DNA of 43,457 nucleotides from Octopus bimaculoides (GCF_001194135.2 NC_069002.1:21249939-21293395), one strand, 5' to 3'; counted from the first letter of the stretch, positions 24,781 to 37,654 are shown. Numbers and translations: made by a program. The notes: generated from the letters alone by a model not told the origin.

Positions 24781-24930
24781 AGAATGCAATTAATTGTCGC
24801 AGATTTGTTTACATTTACAAGTAAAAAAGTAAAAGAGAGAATGCAATTAATTGTCGCAGATTTGTTTACATTTACAAGTAAAAAAGTAAAAGAGAGAATA
24901 CAATTAAATGTCGCAGATTTGTTTACATTT
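24760..24930. repeat. 57-bp tandem repeat x3 spanning the SINE 3' tail and flank
   Basis: Units start at 24760, 24817 and 24874: ACAAGTAAAAAAGTAAAAG(T/A)GAGAAT(G/A)CAATTAA(T/A)TGTCGCAGATTTGTTTACATTT. Confidence 0.95.
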
Positions 24931-26011
24931 CACTGTATGGAGTACATTATTTATTCAGAGGTATTTCACTTATTTTGAGTTTATACGGTCAATTAATATT
25001 ATTGTTGTTGCTGTTGTTATTATTATTATTATAGTTATTAATATTATTTGCATAAATGACATTCATTATCATAATCATTATTTTAACTATTATAATTATA
25101 GTAAGTGAACAAACGAAAGAAAAGGGCACTCAACACGTTTAATAGGAGATACATGTATGGTTGAAAGTAGTCTGATTTGCTTCCATGCAACTTATATTGT
25201 TCGTCGGCCATTAGCAGAAGCCTGTCTCTTTCAAACTTTAACGGCAATATAAACCCTGAACGAACGTGCTTCCGGCAAAGGCGTAATTCGTGAACGGAGC
25301 AAAGGATCCGACATAATCACAGAACGCAAAAGCATATGTTCCCTTCGCAGACACCAGTGGAAGCCACAGAATTGCCATGCAGTATCGCAATGATTGGAAA
25401 AGAACCCTGAAAAGGTATCCACGAGGATAGGAAAAAGATTTTATAATTTTGCACTACTTCTATTTTATTCATTTAAATTACTTGCAATTTCTTATTTATC
25501 CCATATTCTAGCTTATCCTCTTCACAGTTTCAATTTTTCACCGCTATCTACTGTATAAATTTTCACCAAGTTTCTCGATTCAACTGGTGTTTATATTTTG
25601 CATGAATCTATTTCTCACTTCTGCTCAATTCTACGTAGTCATTTAAAAAACAAATACTTGCCCAATCAGCACTAAATGTTTATTCGCTATTCCCTAACTG
25701 CTTATATTTACTCACAATTTATAAAACTCCCTCGTTAGACTTTACTATCACAAATGTTTGATAATCTACAACGACTATCTCCAATATTTGTGAAATATTC
25801 TTCGACTTGGATAAAATACTATATACATATATATATATATACATATATTAGTGTGCAATGTATAGGAAAGATCCAAGGGAATAATTACAGGGTAGCCAAA
25901 TGTTGCTTGAGTGTCCTAGGAATCAAATCATACTTGTGTGTGATTTGATTCCGGAATAAGTAAGTCGTATTTCGGAGAAAATAGGAAAAATTGAAAATGG
26001 AGACAAACGCT

Positions 26012-26467
26012 CAGGATGTTATTAAAACATTTATATCTTCATATCTTCTACATATGTTTCGATGGATTCATCGAAAGTACGTCAAACAGGAAGAATTTTG
26101 GTCAGCTATGCATCAATCTCATCAGGAAAGATATAAATAGTCATTTTCTTATCAAATATAGGAAGCCCTATAAAATGAGACGTATTTATACGTATATGCA
26201 CACACACGTACACACAGGGATATATGCGGATGTGCATGTGTGCGTGTGTGCGTGTGTGTGTGTGAGCGTATGCATATAAATATATCACATGTTCTAGGGC
26301 TTCCTATATCTGTAAAAATGTCTATTTGATGAGTGTTGTTGTTTATATCTTTCCTGATGAAATTGATGCATAGCGGATCATAATTCTTCCTGCCTGAGGT
26401 ATTTTGAATACATCCATCGAAACATATGTAGAAGATATGAAGCTATAAATGTTTTAATAACAGCCTG
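26012..26467. mobile_element. Foldback/MITE-like element with long (about 160-170 bp) imperfect terminal inverted repeats
   Basis: 26012-26170 (CAGGATGTTATTAAAACATTTATATCTTCATATCTTCTACATATGTTTCGATGGAT...TATAGGAAGCCCTA) is the reverse complement of 26295-26467 (TAGGGCTTCCTATA...ATCCATCGAAACATATGTAGAAGATATGAAGCTATAAATGTTTTAATAACAGCCTG). Termini are CAGG...CCTG with TA on the right flank (Tc1/mariner-like). The spacer is (CA)/(TG) microsatellite. Confidence 0.8.
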
Positions 26468-26558
26468 TAAGCTTGATTCCTTTTTCACTTTTTCCCATAT
26501 ATATGGCTGATAGTTAGCAAGGTGAGACACACATAAGAAAGAAGAAGGAAACAAAGGA

Positions 26559-26598
26559 CCACTGATGAGGTCACAGAAGTGTGACGAAAGAACTCTGG
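26559..26598 (+). ncRNA. Putative minimal type I hammerhead ribozyme
   Basis: CCA (stem I) CTGATGA (core) G GTCAC-AGAAGT-GTGAC (5-bp stem II) GAAA G-AA-C TC (short stem III, CUC cleavage triplet) TGG (stem I partner). Predicted cleavage is after C26595. One extra nucleotide precedes stem II, and stem III is very short. Confidence 0.6.
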
Positions 26599-26723
26599 CC
26601 GAAATAAGATTAAGATTAAGATTAATGTAATATAAAGCTGAAAAAAAAAAAAAGAAAATTAACACCAAATATACAGTGCGTGTGTTTTTATTGGCTAAAC
26701 TGGCAACATGACCATCCCCAAGT

Positions 26724-26764
<41 letters not shown>

Positions 26765-27468
26765 CAGGCGTGAAGATCAAGAAAACGTTAAACCAAAGAC
26801 GAAAAGTCAACCATAATAAACAAAGAGGAATTGAAAAAAAGCCGGAAGAAGAGAAAAACAAAGTTGAAAAGGTTAACTGCTATAAAACTGTCAGACTGAC
26901 AATGTTGTTGTTCTTAAGTGTTTGATTTGTGCAATCGATAATGTTGATTAGAGCAATGACGTTATCATCTTACGTTCTGCTGAAATTTAGTATATATCTA
27001 AGGGTTAATGTATGTATAACTGAAGCAAAAACATAATTACCGAATCAGTTTAGCGTGTATATAAATGTGTTTAATTAAAATTTAATGAAATTGGTACCTG
27101 CCATGATTAAATAAATCACAAGTGACAAGGTTATGAACGGATAAATATTTCTTTAGACATCTCTCCCAATTTCTATTTCACTGTCTTTTTCGCTCTCTCC
27201 CTCTCACGCAAACACATGCACACACACACACACACATGCACACACAAATACACACACTCACATATATTCCATTCTATCAACACCTCAATATACATACATA
27301 TGTATTTATGTTTGTGTATATATATATATAATATATATATATATTCGTGTATATATAGAGAGATTTACGAGTATACATATGTGTGTGTATGTGTGTGCAT
27401 ATACATGTTCGTCTCTCTCTCTATATATATATAAATACATATATATGCATTCATCCATATACATCATA

Positions 27469-27526
<58 letters not shown>

Positions 27527-27528
<2 letters not shown>

Positions 27529-28756
27529 GTCGCTGGACAAAATAATAGAAATACCTCGCATCATCGTATCATAATTTTGAAATATCTATAAAATTGTCAA
27601 AAGCTTGTTTATTTTGATGTTTTTTTTATTTATTATAAGTTTCGCTTTATATGTTTTGTTAAACTTACTGTTTCGTTTGAGATATCACCAGAAGAAGGTA
27701 ATTAAATGACAGATCTATCGGACTTTTAAAGAGTTCCAATTGTTGCTGCTCGTATGGCAGGCGCTAGCTTAACGAAAACAGGCGAGATATTTGATGTATC
27801 AAGCAGTCCTCTCTCGAAAGTAATGACAGCCTTTGAGAAAGAGGAAAAATAAACTTCTTGTTGAAACAAAACTCATGAAGAAAACCAACATTTTGAGATA
27901 GGGACCGTCGGATTCTTACGCGAATTGTTAGAAAGGATCACAAGAGTACAGCTCCCAAAATTACTGCAGAGCTTAATGACCACCTCGTAAACCCAGTTTC
28001 CACAAAAACCGTTCGCTGGGAACTGCACAAAGCCGGATTTCATGGGATGGCTGCAATTAGGAAAACCACCACTTACAAAAACAAACGTTGCAACGCGTTT
28101 AGAGTGGAGTAAAGACCTACAAAAATGGTCCGTCGAGCAGTGCAAGACTATTTTTGGGGCGGACGAGTCATCCTTTACCTTATTTCCGACCACTAGCCGA
28201 GTATACGTGTGGAGACAGTCAAAAGAAGCATTTGACCCAGAATGCCTTTTTCCAACTGTTAAATATGGAGGAGAATCTGTGATGATCTGATGGACTATAT
28301 CTTCAAAATCCGCCAGCTCAATGGTCTCCCTTCATAGCAAAATTAATTGTCAAGACTATTTAAGCATTTTATCTGAACAAATTCATCCTATGGTTGTGGA
28401 ACTGTTTCCGGAGGGAAACGCAAACTTCATGATGATAATTCATCAATTCACACCGCTAAAGTTTTTACTGAATAGCACGAGGGACATTCTAGTGAAGTTG
28501 AATATCTTATCTGGCCACCACAGTCCTCAGATCTCAATCTTATTGAACATTTATGCTGCATTTTAGAAAAAACAAGGAGTCAATATCCTCCACCATCATT
28601 ACTACAAAAACTGGAGACTGTTTTAGCTGAAGAATGGACAAAAATTCAAACTTTGAATGAGTCCATACCTCGTAGACTTCAAGGTGTAATTACTGCCAAA
28701 TTAAAATAAATGTGTTTGAAATTTTAAGTTGTTTTCATTATTTAGTCCAACCCCTG
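27527..28756 (+). mobile_element. Full-length decayed Tc1-family (DD34E-type) DNA transposon
   Basis: Imperfect TIRs: CAGTCGCTGGACAAAATAATAGAAATAC (27527) and the reverse complement of the right end, CAGGGGTTGGACTAAATAATGAAAAAC (ending 28756, followed by TA). The transposase spans 27706-28709 across stops and frameshifts: MTDLSDF*RVPIVAARMAGAS..., DRRILTRIVRK...TVRWELHKAGFHG, FGADESSF, VWR, TVKYGGESVMI, FHDDNSSIH, WPPQSSDLNLIEH, SIPRRLQGVITAK. Confidence 0.92.
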
Positions 28757-28778
28757 TAAATATATATATATATATATA

Positions 28779-28919
28779 TGGCTGTGTGGTAAATAGCTTG
28801 CTTACCAACCACATGGTTCTGGGTTCATTCTCGCTGCGTGGCACCTTGGGCAAGTGTCTTCGGGCCGACCAAAGCCTTGTGAATGGATTTGGTAGAAGGA
28901 AACTGAAAGAAGCCCGTCG

Positions 28920-28953
<34 letters not shown>

Positions 28954-29198
28954 TGTATGTATGTATGTATGTATATGTATGTATGTGTGTGTTCGTGTGT
29001 CTGTGTTTGTCCCCCAACATCGCTTGACAACCGATAATGGTGTGTTTACATCCCCGTAACTTACCGGTTCGGCAAAATACCAATAGAATAAATACTAGGC
29101 TTCAAAAGAATAAGTCCTGGGGTCGATTTGTGCTCGACTATAAGCGGTGCTCCAGCACGGCCGCAGTCAAAAGGACTGAAACAAGTAAAAGGGTAAAA

Positions 29199-29200
<2 letters not shown>
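28779..29200 (+). mobile_element. tRNA-derived SINE family A
   Basis: Same head, body and tail as the other family A copies; separated from the Tc1 right end only by (TA)n. Confidence 0.9.
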
Positions 29201-29296
<96 letters not shown>

Positions 29297-32200
29297 GGAA
29301 TATATCCTAGACTTTTCAAATGTTATTGATGAGACTTAATGACAGAAGGTGACATTGTTTTCCCCAGAGGAACCCGAAACTATGTCTCCTGTATTGAAGC
29401 CCTATTGTAAATACATAATATTACATACAAACAACATTTCCCAAGGCTTCAAGTTGTTACTACATCAGCTCTTAATGAGTGTTCCATAAATTTTGAATTC
29501 CGAAATTGAGGTCTTAATTGAATTTTAATAGACGGCTACGACGTCGACGACGACCATAATGATGATTATGATGATGCTTATGATGGTAATTCTGACACCG
29601 AGTAGGAGGAATCGGAGGAGTACGATGTTAATAACTGATGGATTATTGAATATTTTACGTCCAGAAGGTAGTTAGATATGAAATTGGTAACACAGTGACA
29701 ATGTTCTGTTATGCGTTATATACACCTGTAATTCTATACGTAGATATAAAAGTAGAATTACATTGAAGAGTTTAAAATACCTGAGATGACTAATTGTAAA
29801 ACAATTCTATTTTAATTTAAATGACTCCTTGTCATCGTTAGACATGAATATTTGCTTTTAGACACTCCTATCCGCTCCGATCGTCATCATTTAACTAATT
29901 CCGAGTAATGTCCTTAGCAGCCGATTTGATTTGAGCTGAGATTCAGCAGTTTCGACCTATCGAAGAGAAAATCAGAATGTAACGAATGGTGACCAATTCC
30001 ATCTAAACTGAATATAGGCGGACATACTATAAAGCCCTTTCTTTTCTGATAATAAAGTTAATAATCCGAAAATTTATAATCGTATGCATTAGTTTTATTA
30101 TGTAAATTAGCGTGTGTCTAATCAATTTGTTCTTTGTATTAGAAGAACTGTGTGACAAAATATTGATTTCTTTGTCGATATCTTTATTTTTTTATCGTTG
30201 GTTGCATTATATTTTGCAGTGTAGACATCGGTTATCTAATCAATCAAATTAATTTGTTTATTCGGAAGACTTTCCCCCAGACACTACAATTTACATTTTG
30301 TACTTTATCGAAAAAACTTTTTTTTTTTTTCATCGAGTAAGTTTACCTGTTGTTTCCGAAACAGGAAAACCATGGAAAAAAATGGGAGAATTTATTCTTG
30401 CATGTGCTTCTCAAACGACATTGTTGTGCTTCGGTTTATTATAGATTTTATATATTTTTACGATATATAGTTATTATATATGGTATTGATGAATTCAAAT
30501 AGTGAAAACGGTATAAAATATATAAAACTCTTTTAGAAGTATTGAAATATGAAAGTTTTGCTTACAAAATAAGTCTCTTGTGAACCATCAATCCTTCTAG
30601 TTTGTTTGCATAATACACAGATGCTTTGTCGGTTCCGTCTATTGATACTTCAGGGGTGAAATTGCAATAAACAAAGTCAGCAATATAGATTATCATCTCT
30701 AGTTCTAGTCGCACGCGCACGCGCACGCACACACACACACACACGCACACACGCACACATATATTCAAATATTTCAAAAGAAAACTAAAAACCTATAATT
30801 ATAAAGCTCTATTTACCTGCGCGCGCTCGCGCGCACACACATACACGCATAAACGCACATCACACATTAGATAAACAGCTATATTGATATATTCCGGCAC
30901 AAGGGACAGCTCTCACCTCCAATGCTTGGATTCCAACAAATAAATTCATAACCTTTGAATATTTACACTCTACCATACAGTTCCAAATTTCTGCTGTGGA
31001 GCTTTTCAAGACAATGGCTCTCACGTGATAAATTATTCACATCAACTCCTTGCGACAAGGAGTTCGAGTACTCTTGGACTGAGATAAACGTTCTTTATTT
31101 ATAATTGAAATATAGGCTCTGATGCATCCGCCACCGTATATGACCTAGATACACTTCGACATTATATTTTTTTCAGAAAATCAATCTCCCCAAGCTGCCT
31201 TTCTAGCCATATGCATTTAAACATCACTCTATGAAATCCTGTATAATTGTACTTGAATAGAAAATTAAATATTGCAAATAAGTTGTGTCGGTGTACTCAC
31301 TAATCAAAAGAGATGTTCTACTCAATACATAACCTAATCCATCAGTTACAATTTGAAGAAAAACTATTGAGTGAAACTCTTTGATGGAGACTAATGATTC
31401 AGATATGATTTTTTGCTGTATAATTTCATTTCCGTGCAGCTGTCAGCAATAAGATTGCTTGTCTACACAGATTTGATGTGAAAGACAAATATTTTATTGG
31501 AGTTTCTCGATCGCCTGAGCTATATCTCAACATTTAATCATTTGATGTTTACAAGCCACCGACATCTTCCGATTATTGCTGATATTTTTCTAAATTTCGG
31601 TTTCAAAACTTACAAGTGTTGGCCTTTTTCATTGATATTTAGCGTTGGATCGAATCGGATCGAGCAGATGTATAAACAAAGCCGTTACCGTGTTTTCAAA
31701 TAACATGTATTACCAAACACTACACAATTCGGTGCAATATAACTTATAAAATCTTATACAAAGTAATTCGAGGTTGAATTGGTTTCTATGTCAATTGGTT
31801 TCAGTTAATGGATTCCATTAAAGCTACAGCAAATATTATGAACGAATTTGTAGAACTATGTCTATGGTATGAGATATATGTGTTGGAAAAAATTAAAAGA
31901 TATTTTATTTGAACATTTTCATGATCAAAAAGTACTGAATTGATTAAATATTCCTTAGGCATAGCTAAATAATGAGACACCATTTTGGCTATTGCATATG
32001 TTAACCACCATGTTTCTTAAAGATAACATGATTGCACTCGGTTAAGAAAAATAGCTGAGATGTTAAACGTATTTTCAAAGCTAATGCTTTTTGTTTCTTT
32101 TTTATTAATCTACTAATTTGGCACATTCCTTATCACCTCATTCAAACAATCTTTGATATTTTATTATCATTTATATCACAGCTTAAAGCACAAATTACTG

Positions 32201-32721
32201 AGAGCGCAATTTTAATTGTTGTTACCGTTTTATTATTTTTCTTCTAATATTCGCATTAACGCATGTTTTTTTTTATCTTAAAACTTCATCGAAGATCAGA
32301 ACTAATTCTGTTTTTATTATATAATTGCTGTGGAATTCTATTGCATTTAACAGCCTTTATTGGAAGTCGCCTCAAATGCTCTCCTCTGTAAACCTTTACA
32401 ACTTCGGCACACACACACACATATACATATAAAATCATTGCAAGTATACCACTATTTTATATTGTCAATTGTACAAAATTTAAATATTTCTTTCCTATCT
32501 TTTATTTTCCGGTGCTTTATCTCAACATCTCAATTTGCGATACCAAATGCAAACAGTAATGGAAAATGTTTTCGCTACTATTACGTTTTCACAAAATGAT
32601 ATTCTGATACAAAATTTCATGTTTAAAATTTAGATATAAATACTTGATAAAAATGTTTAAAGAGTTTGTTGAAAATAGAATTCAGTTAATTAGTTAATTA
32701 AAAGCGATGTTGATGTATTTT

Positions 32722-32758
<37 letters not shown>

Positions 32759-33037
32759 AAAGGTGGCATTCCTGTTTGAAAATATTCGATAACAACAAAA
32801 CACCGCTTTCGCATATTATCACCTGGGAATTTCTTCTTTCTATTCTTTGCTGCTTTAGATCTATAAATATTAACTTAGCCATATGAAAAACAAACATTAA
32901 ATAATTTTCTTCTCTTTTATATATTTTCTGTGTTTTCTTCTTTATTTCTCCTCAGCATCTCATTAGAATTTTCTGAATTTCATTTGAATTTCTTGAAATA
33001 GCTGTTGTCAGTTGGGTTTCTTTTCTCTCCACTTCAG

Positions 33038-33177
33038 GCACAACATATTACATATTAAGTAGCGTCGATTCGCAGATTCTTAGTAAAAACAATGTCTTTG
33101 AGTTTTGGTACTGGAACCCATCAAATGCATTAGTCAATGATACTGATTTCTTAAAGGATCGATTTCCAAGATTCTAG
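33038..33177 (+). CDS. Candidate terminal coding exon of an unidentified host gene
   Basis: Strong acceptor TTTCTTTTCTCTCCACTTCAG (AG 33036-33037). The phase-1 frame reads TTYYILSSVDSQILSKNNVFEFWYWNPSNALVNDTDFLKDRFPRF and ends in three consecutive stops, TAG TAA TAA. No family recognised. Confidence 0.4.
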
Positions 33178-33911
33178 TAATAAGTCTCTAAAGGAGAGAA
33201 TACAATCAACATAACATTCAAAAGAATTAATATTCTATCTGTTGGGGAAACAAAGAAGGTGTTCCATTGGACAGCTGATTGAGGAATAGGGATGCTTCAC
33301 AAAAATCACGGTGGAACAACATCAAAAACAATGATAAGGAACTGATGAGAAATAGTGAAAAGAGGAGTCACTTCATTGGTAACATTAAGCGGTGATAGGA
33401 AATAAAGTTTGAGACATAACGATCACAGAATATTTATTGAGTAAAGATAAAGGAGTAACGTCACTACAGTGAGACAGAGAGAGAAGGGGAAGAGATGGAG
33501 AGAGAGAGAGAGAGAAGGGGAGAGATGAAGAGATAGAGAGAGAGAGCACTCATACTGACGTTTAGCAACTCAAAAAGTAACGCAATATTAGAAATTCGCT
33601 TATTAAATAAAGCAAAGTGAGAGAGCAGACGGCAAGATGCATAAATGTAACAACAATATTTAATACGAGAGCGAATAAGAGATTTATATATGGGGAGAAT
33701 ACATTGGGAGGGCAAACAATGTTGTGGTGAACATAGATAAACGTCACTAAGAGAAATAAGACACGTGTTAAATGAATGAGATTACAGAATCGGCATAAAC
33801 GGCTGACATACAAAAATGAATGAAAAATAGAAGAGACAACAAATTGGCTAATGAAACGATAACACAATATAGAAACTGGCCAATAAACATCGCATTCATA
33901 ATCAATTTGTG

Positions 33912-33962
<51 letters not shown>

Positions 33963-34004
33963 CATTTGTGTGCGTGTATGTCTGTGTGTGTGTATCTGTA
34001 TACT

Positions 34005-34295
34005 GTGAACTCTTCTGTCGTTAGGCGATGTATAATAGTCAGCAATTTCTTGCTGAACAACCACACACATGATTTGTTTATAGTGATCAAATGTTTGTAT
34101 ACACGTAAGCTGACTCCCGCCATCAAATCGACATTACTTGTACAGGTGCAACTGCGTGCCACATGCCAGATGAGGAAATGATCACAGAGCAACATGAAAT
34201 TAAATGTGCTGCTCAAGAATACAATGCAACGCCCGGTCTGCGAATCGAAACCACTATCTCGGAATCGTGCATGCAACAACCTAACTACTAAGTCT
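34005..34295 (-). mobile_element. Degenerate tRNA-derived SINE
   Basis: The reverse complement starts CTTAGTAGTTAGG (A-box-like)...GTGGTTTCGATTCGCAGACCGGGCG (B-box-like)...CTTGAGCAGCACATTTAATTTCATGTTGCTCTG. Confidence 0.55.
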
Positions 34296-34698
34296 TCGCA
34301 CACGCACACGTGTATGTGTGTGTGGATGGAGGGAGTTTGCGAGTATGCACATGTATGGGTGGTATATCATTAGTTACAATTCCTTTTAGGAAGGGTTAAA
34401 TGAGTAATAGATTCGTTGAAAGAATTTAAATGTTATAATGATAATATAATACGGATTATCTTGAAGTAATGCAGTGAAATTAAGAACTGGAGAGGACAAT
34501 AATAAATTTCTTTGGCAAAACGTTAACTTAAACAATCTCTGAAATAAAATTGTAAATATATTTGATATTTATTGAAAACTATCATGTTTTTAGAGCATTT
34601 GTGACCTAATATTGACGTAGCAGTGTGATTTGTGAAATAGTCGATATCTCACTAACATATTACACTAGAATTGGGAATAATGTGAAATATATAATATG

Positions 34699-34754
<56 letters not shown>

Positions 34755-35081
34755 NNNNNNNNNNNNNNNNNNNNNNNNNNNNNNNNNNNNNNNNNNNNNN
34801 NNNNNNNNNNNNNNNNNNNNNNNNNNNNNNNNNNNNNNNNNNNNNNNNNNNNNNNNNNNNNNNNNNNNNNNNNNNNNNNNNNNNNNNNNNNNNNNNNNNN
34901 NNNNNNNNNNNNNNNNNNNNNNNNNNNNNNNNNNNNNNNNNNNNNNNNNNNNNNNNNNNNNNNNNNNNNNNNNNNNNNNNNNNNNNNNNNNNNNNNNNNN
35001 NNNNNNNNNNNNNNNNNNNNNNNNNNNNNNNNNNNNNNNNNNNNNNNNNNNNNNNNNNNNNNNNNNNNNNNNNNNNNNNNN

Positions 35082-35164
<83 letters not shown>

Positions 35165-35656
35165 TTGTTATAGATATATGCCGGAATCTCAAGGAGATAG
35201 TGTAATTATTGTGGTTACTTAAGAAGATAGATTCACGGCAATACCTGTCGGTTTTGCTGAAAAGTAGTTAGAGAGTAGTTGTCTATAACAAGAATAAAAT
35301 CGAAAGAAAGAAAATAAAGTGTTTGCAAGATATAATTTTATCATATATCTCCAGGATAGGATCCGATAGCAGAGTAATAAAATACTACTACTACGACTAC
35401 TGCTGCTACTACTGCTACTACTACTGCTGCTACTACTACTGCAACTACTATAACGGAAACAGTGAAAAGAAAGCTAGCATTAGGAGTAGGATGTTATTAA
35501 AAGTTTTGCTTGGATTCATCGTGGTTCCTGTCCCAACCGCGCAGCAAGCGATTTTGCTGAAGTATCTTTGCTAATCGACTAATCATAGCGACAGAGCTGA
35601 ACCACTCCCTTATATATATACATATATTTCTGAGTGTGTGTGTGTGTATGTGTGTG

Positions 35657-35708
<52 letters not shown>

Positions 35709-35994
35709 TGTAACATTCATATGTCTATGTAAATGTAAAAATATCTATCCATCTGACATCGCTTGTCAACTGTTGTCCGTTCGAGTGTTAACCCCTTAAA
35801 CAGTTGTTCGAGAAAATCTCTCCCGTAGAACAAATAGGAAACGAAAAAATGTGTGATAGGAACATTTTCATGTAGAAAACATTTCAAAATCGTGCCTCGG
35901 TCTGGCCGTGGTGTATGACTGAAATAAGTAAAAGAACACATAGCAAAATGCTAATATAACAACTATCATTGTTATTAAGGAAGTAGTGAAATAA

Positions 35995-36206
35995 TAGAAT
36001 CGCTACTATACTGGACAACATGCTTAGCGGCATTTCGCCCGTCTTTACAGTCTGAGTTCAAATTTTATGGAGATTGATTTTTGCCTTTAATCCTTGGGGG
36101 GCGGGGGCGATAAAATAAGAAAATAAGTACGACTTGAGCACTGTATTCGATGTTATCGACTTTTCCGTTCCCTTAGAAAGTTTCTGGCCTTGTGCCAAAA
36201 GTAGAA
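35995..36206 (+). mobile_element. tRNA-derived SINE family B (degenerate)
   Basis: ATGCTTAGCGGCATTTCG...CTGAGTTCAAATT...GCCTTTAATCC...CGATAAAATAAG...GGCCTTGTGCCAAAAGTAGAA. Confidence 0.75.
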
Positions 36207-37654
36207 TGAAGTTAGTAGAGGACGGCAGTGGTAACGAAGATGAGGATCACAAAAATCTCTATGGAAATTCGATTGATTACTTTTGTGACGAATAAAAGTG
36301 TTTTTCTTGGGTCAGGGTTAAGTTTATTTGTCTTCCATATTTATCATACCTATGTGAATATCACTACGGGTAATATTGTTAGTCTTCATACTAGGATACG
36401 TAATTGTTTCGCATTGTAAACGACTACAAGCATCAAACACCTTTCTCTACACTAAACTATGTAACATAATATCGAGAAACACAGAAACATTCTTATGTCA
36501 GTCGTTTTTACACAAATATACTTCGATTTCAAATCTACAAGTTCTGGTAATATAGGTATTTTCTTGTTGTGGTGTACTTACTTAAGAGCAGGTGAGCCAC
36601 GATCAACCACTATCCCAGTTTTTAGTATATCTACGTACTACATCATATTCAGTATTCTTTTTTAAAAACGGTTTGTTGTAATTTCAGTGGGGTTTACTTG
36701 TGTTTTTAGTGGCCAGAGCTGGCCATAATTGATCTAAAATTTCGTAAGCTGGAAACCTGAAGAAAACAATTTTATAAGACATACAGAATTTTTTTACACA
36801 AAATTTAAAACCTATCAAATAAAATTAGAAATTTTGTCGACGCGTCTGTACAAATGAATATTTATTTTTAACGATACTAAAATTGACAGCATCACTAATT
36901 ATTTGTCTTATTATTTGAATCTAATTTCGATCCATTTATTCATATTTAGTGATTTGTATTAATCATATTTTACTTCTTCCAGAATGGTAGATGTAGTATC
37001 TACAACTGTATAGTTTACAAACTAGCTTATAATATTTGTTTATTTAGCATGTGATTTGAAACCCAAACGAAGACGCTTTTGATTTTCCTTACTTTGAAGA
37101 CTATCAACGAGAACCCAACTATATATTGCAGGATTTAATTCTGTCTATAAGAGATACAATTCAATCAATACTTCAGATTTTATCACAATGCTTGAGGAAA
37201 AATAGATACGTAATTCAGACCGTTTAAACTCCAATCAATGCTGTTTACCATGGAAGATTCTATTGCAAAGACAGCAAGTAAATATCTTTATAAATGAACA
37301 CATGACATCTACTTCCCATTATAGGGATTCCACCTGGAAGCGTTTTATATAATGACCCATTGTAAAATATACTTTAAATTTCTACGAATATATCCTTGAA
37401 GCTGGACCCATTTATAGTAATCTCAAAAACAAAGAACTGTCTGGTTAATACATTTATCGTAATCTCAAATATGAAGAAGGATGTGAGATAATATAAATAA
37501 ATATTATAGGAGATTCAGCAACATTCTTGTGCGTCTAGACTAGCAAGAAATGTGATGTTGTTCAATAATTCAATTGTATAGGACATTATCAGTTAATATA
37601 ACACTAATGACTTTCTACAAATGCACACACACACACATTCACATATATACATAA

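Noticed and set aside
25231-25422. GC-richer segment with several short open frames and a minus-strand acceptor at 25407
   Set aside because: No frame gives a recognisable domain or a convincing donor, so it cannot be supported without a homology search.
30566-30647. Minus-strand candidate exon (SIDGTDKASVYYANKLEGLMVHKRLI) with GTAAG donor
   Set aside because: The acceptor is weak (AAG), two frames are open, and there is no recognisable homology or partner exon.
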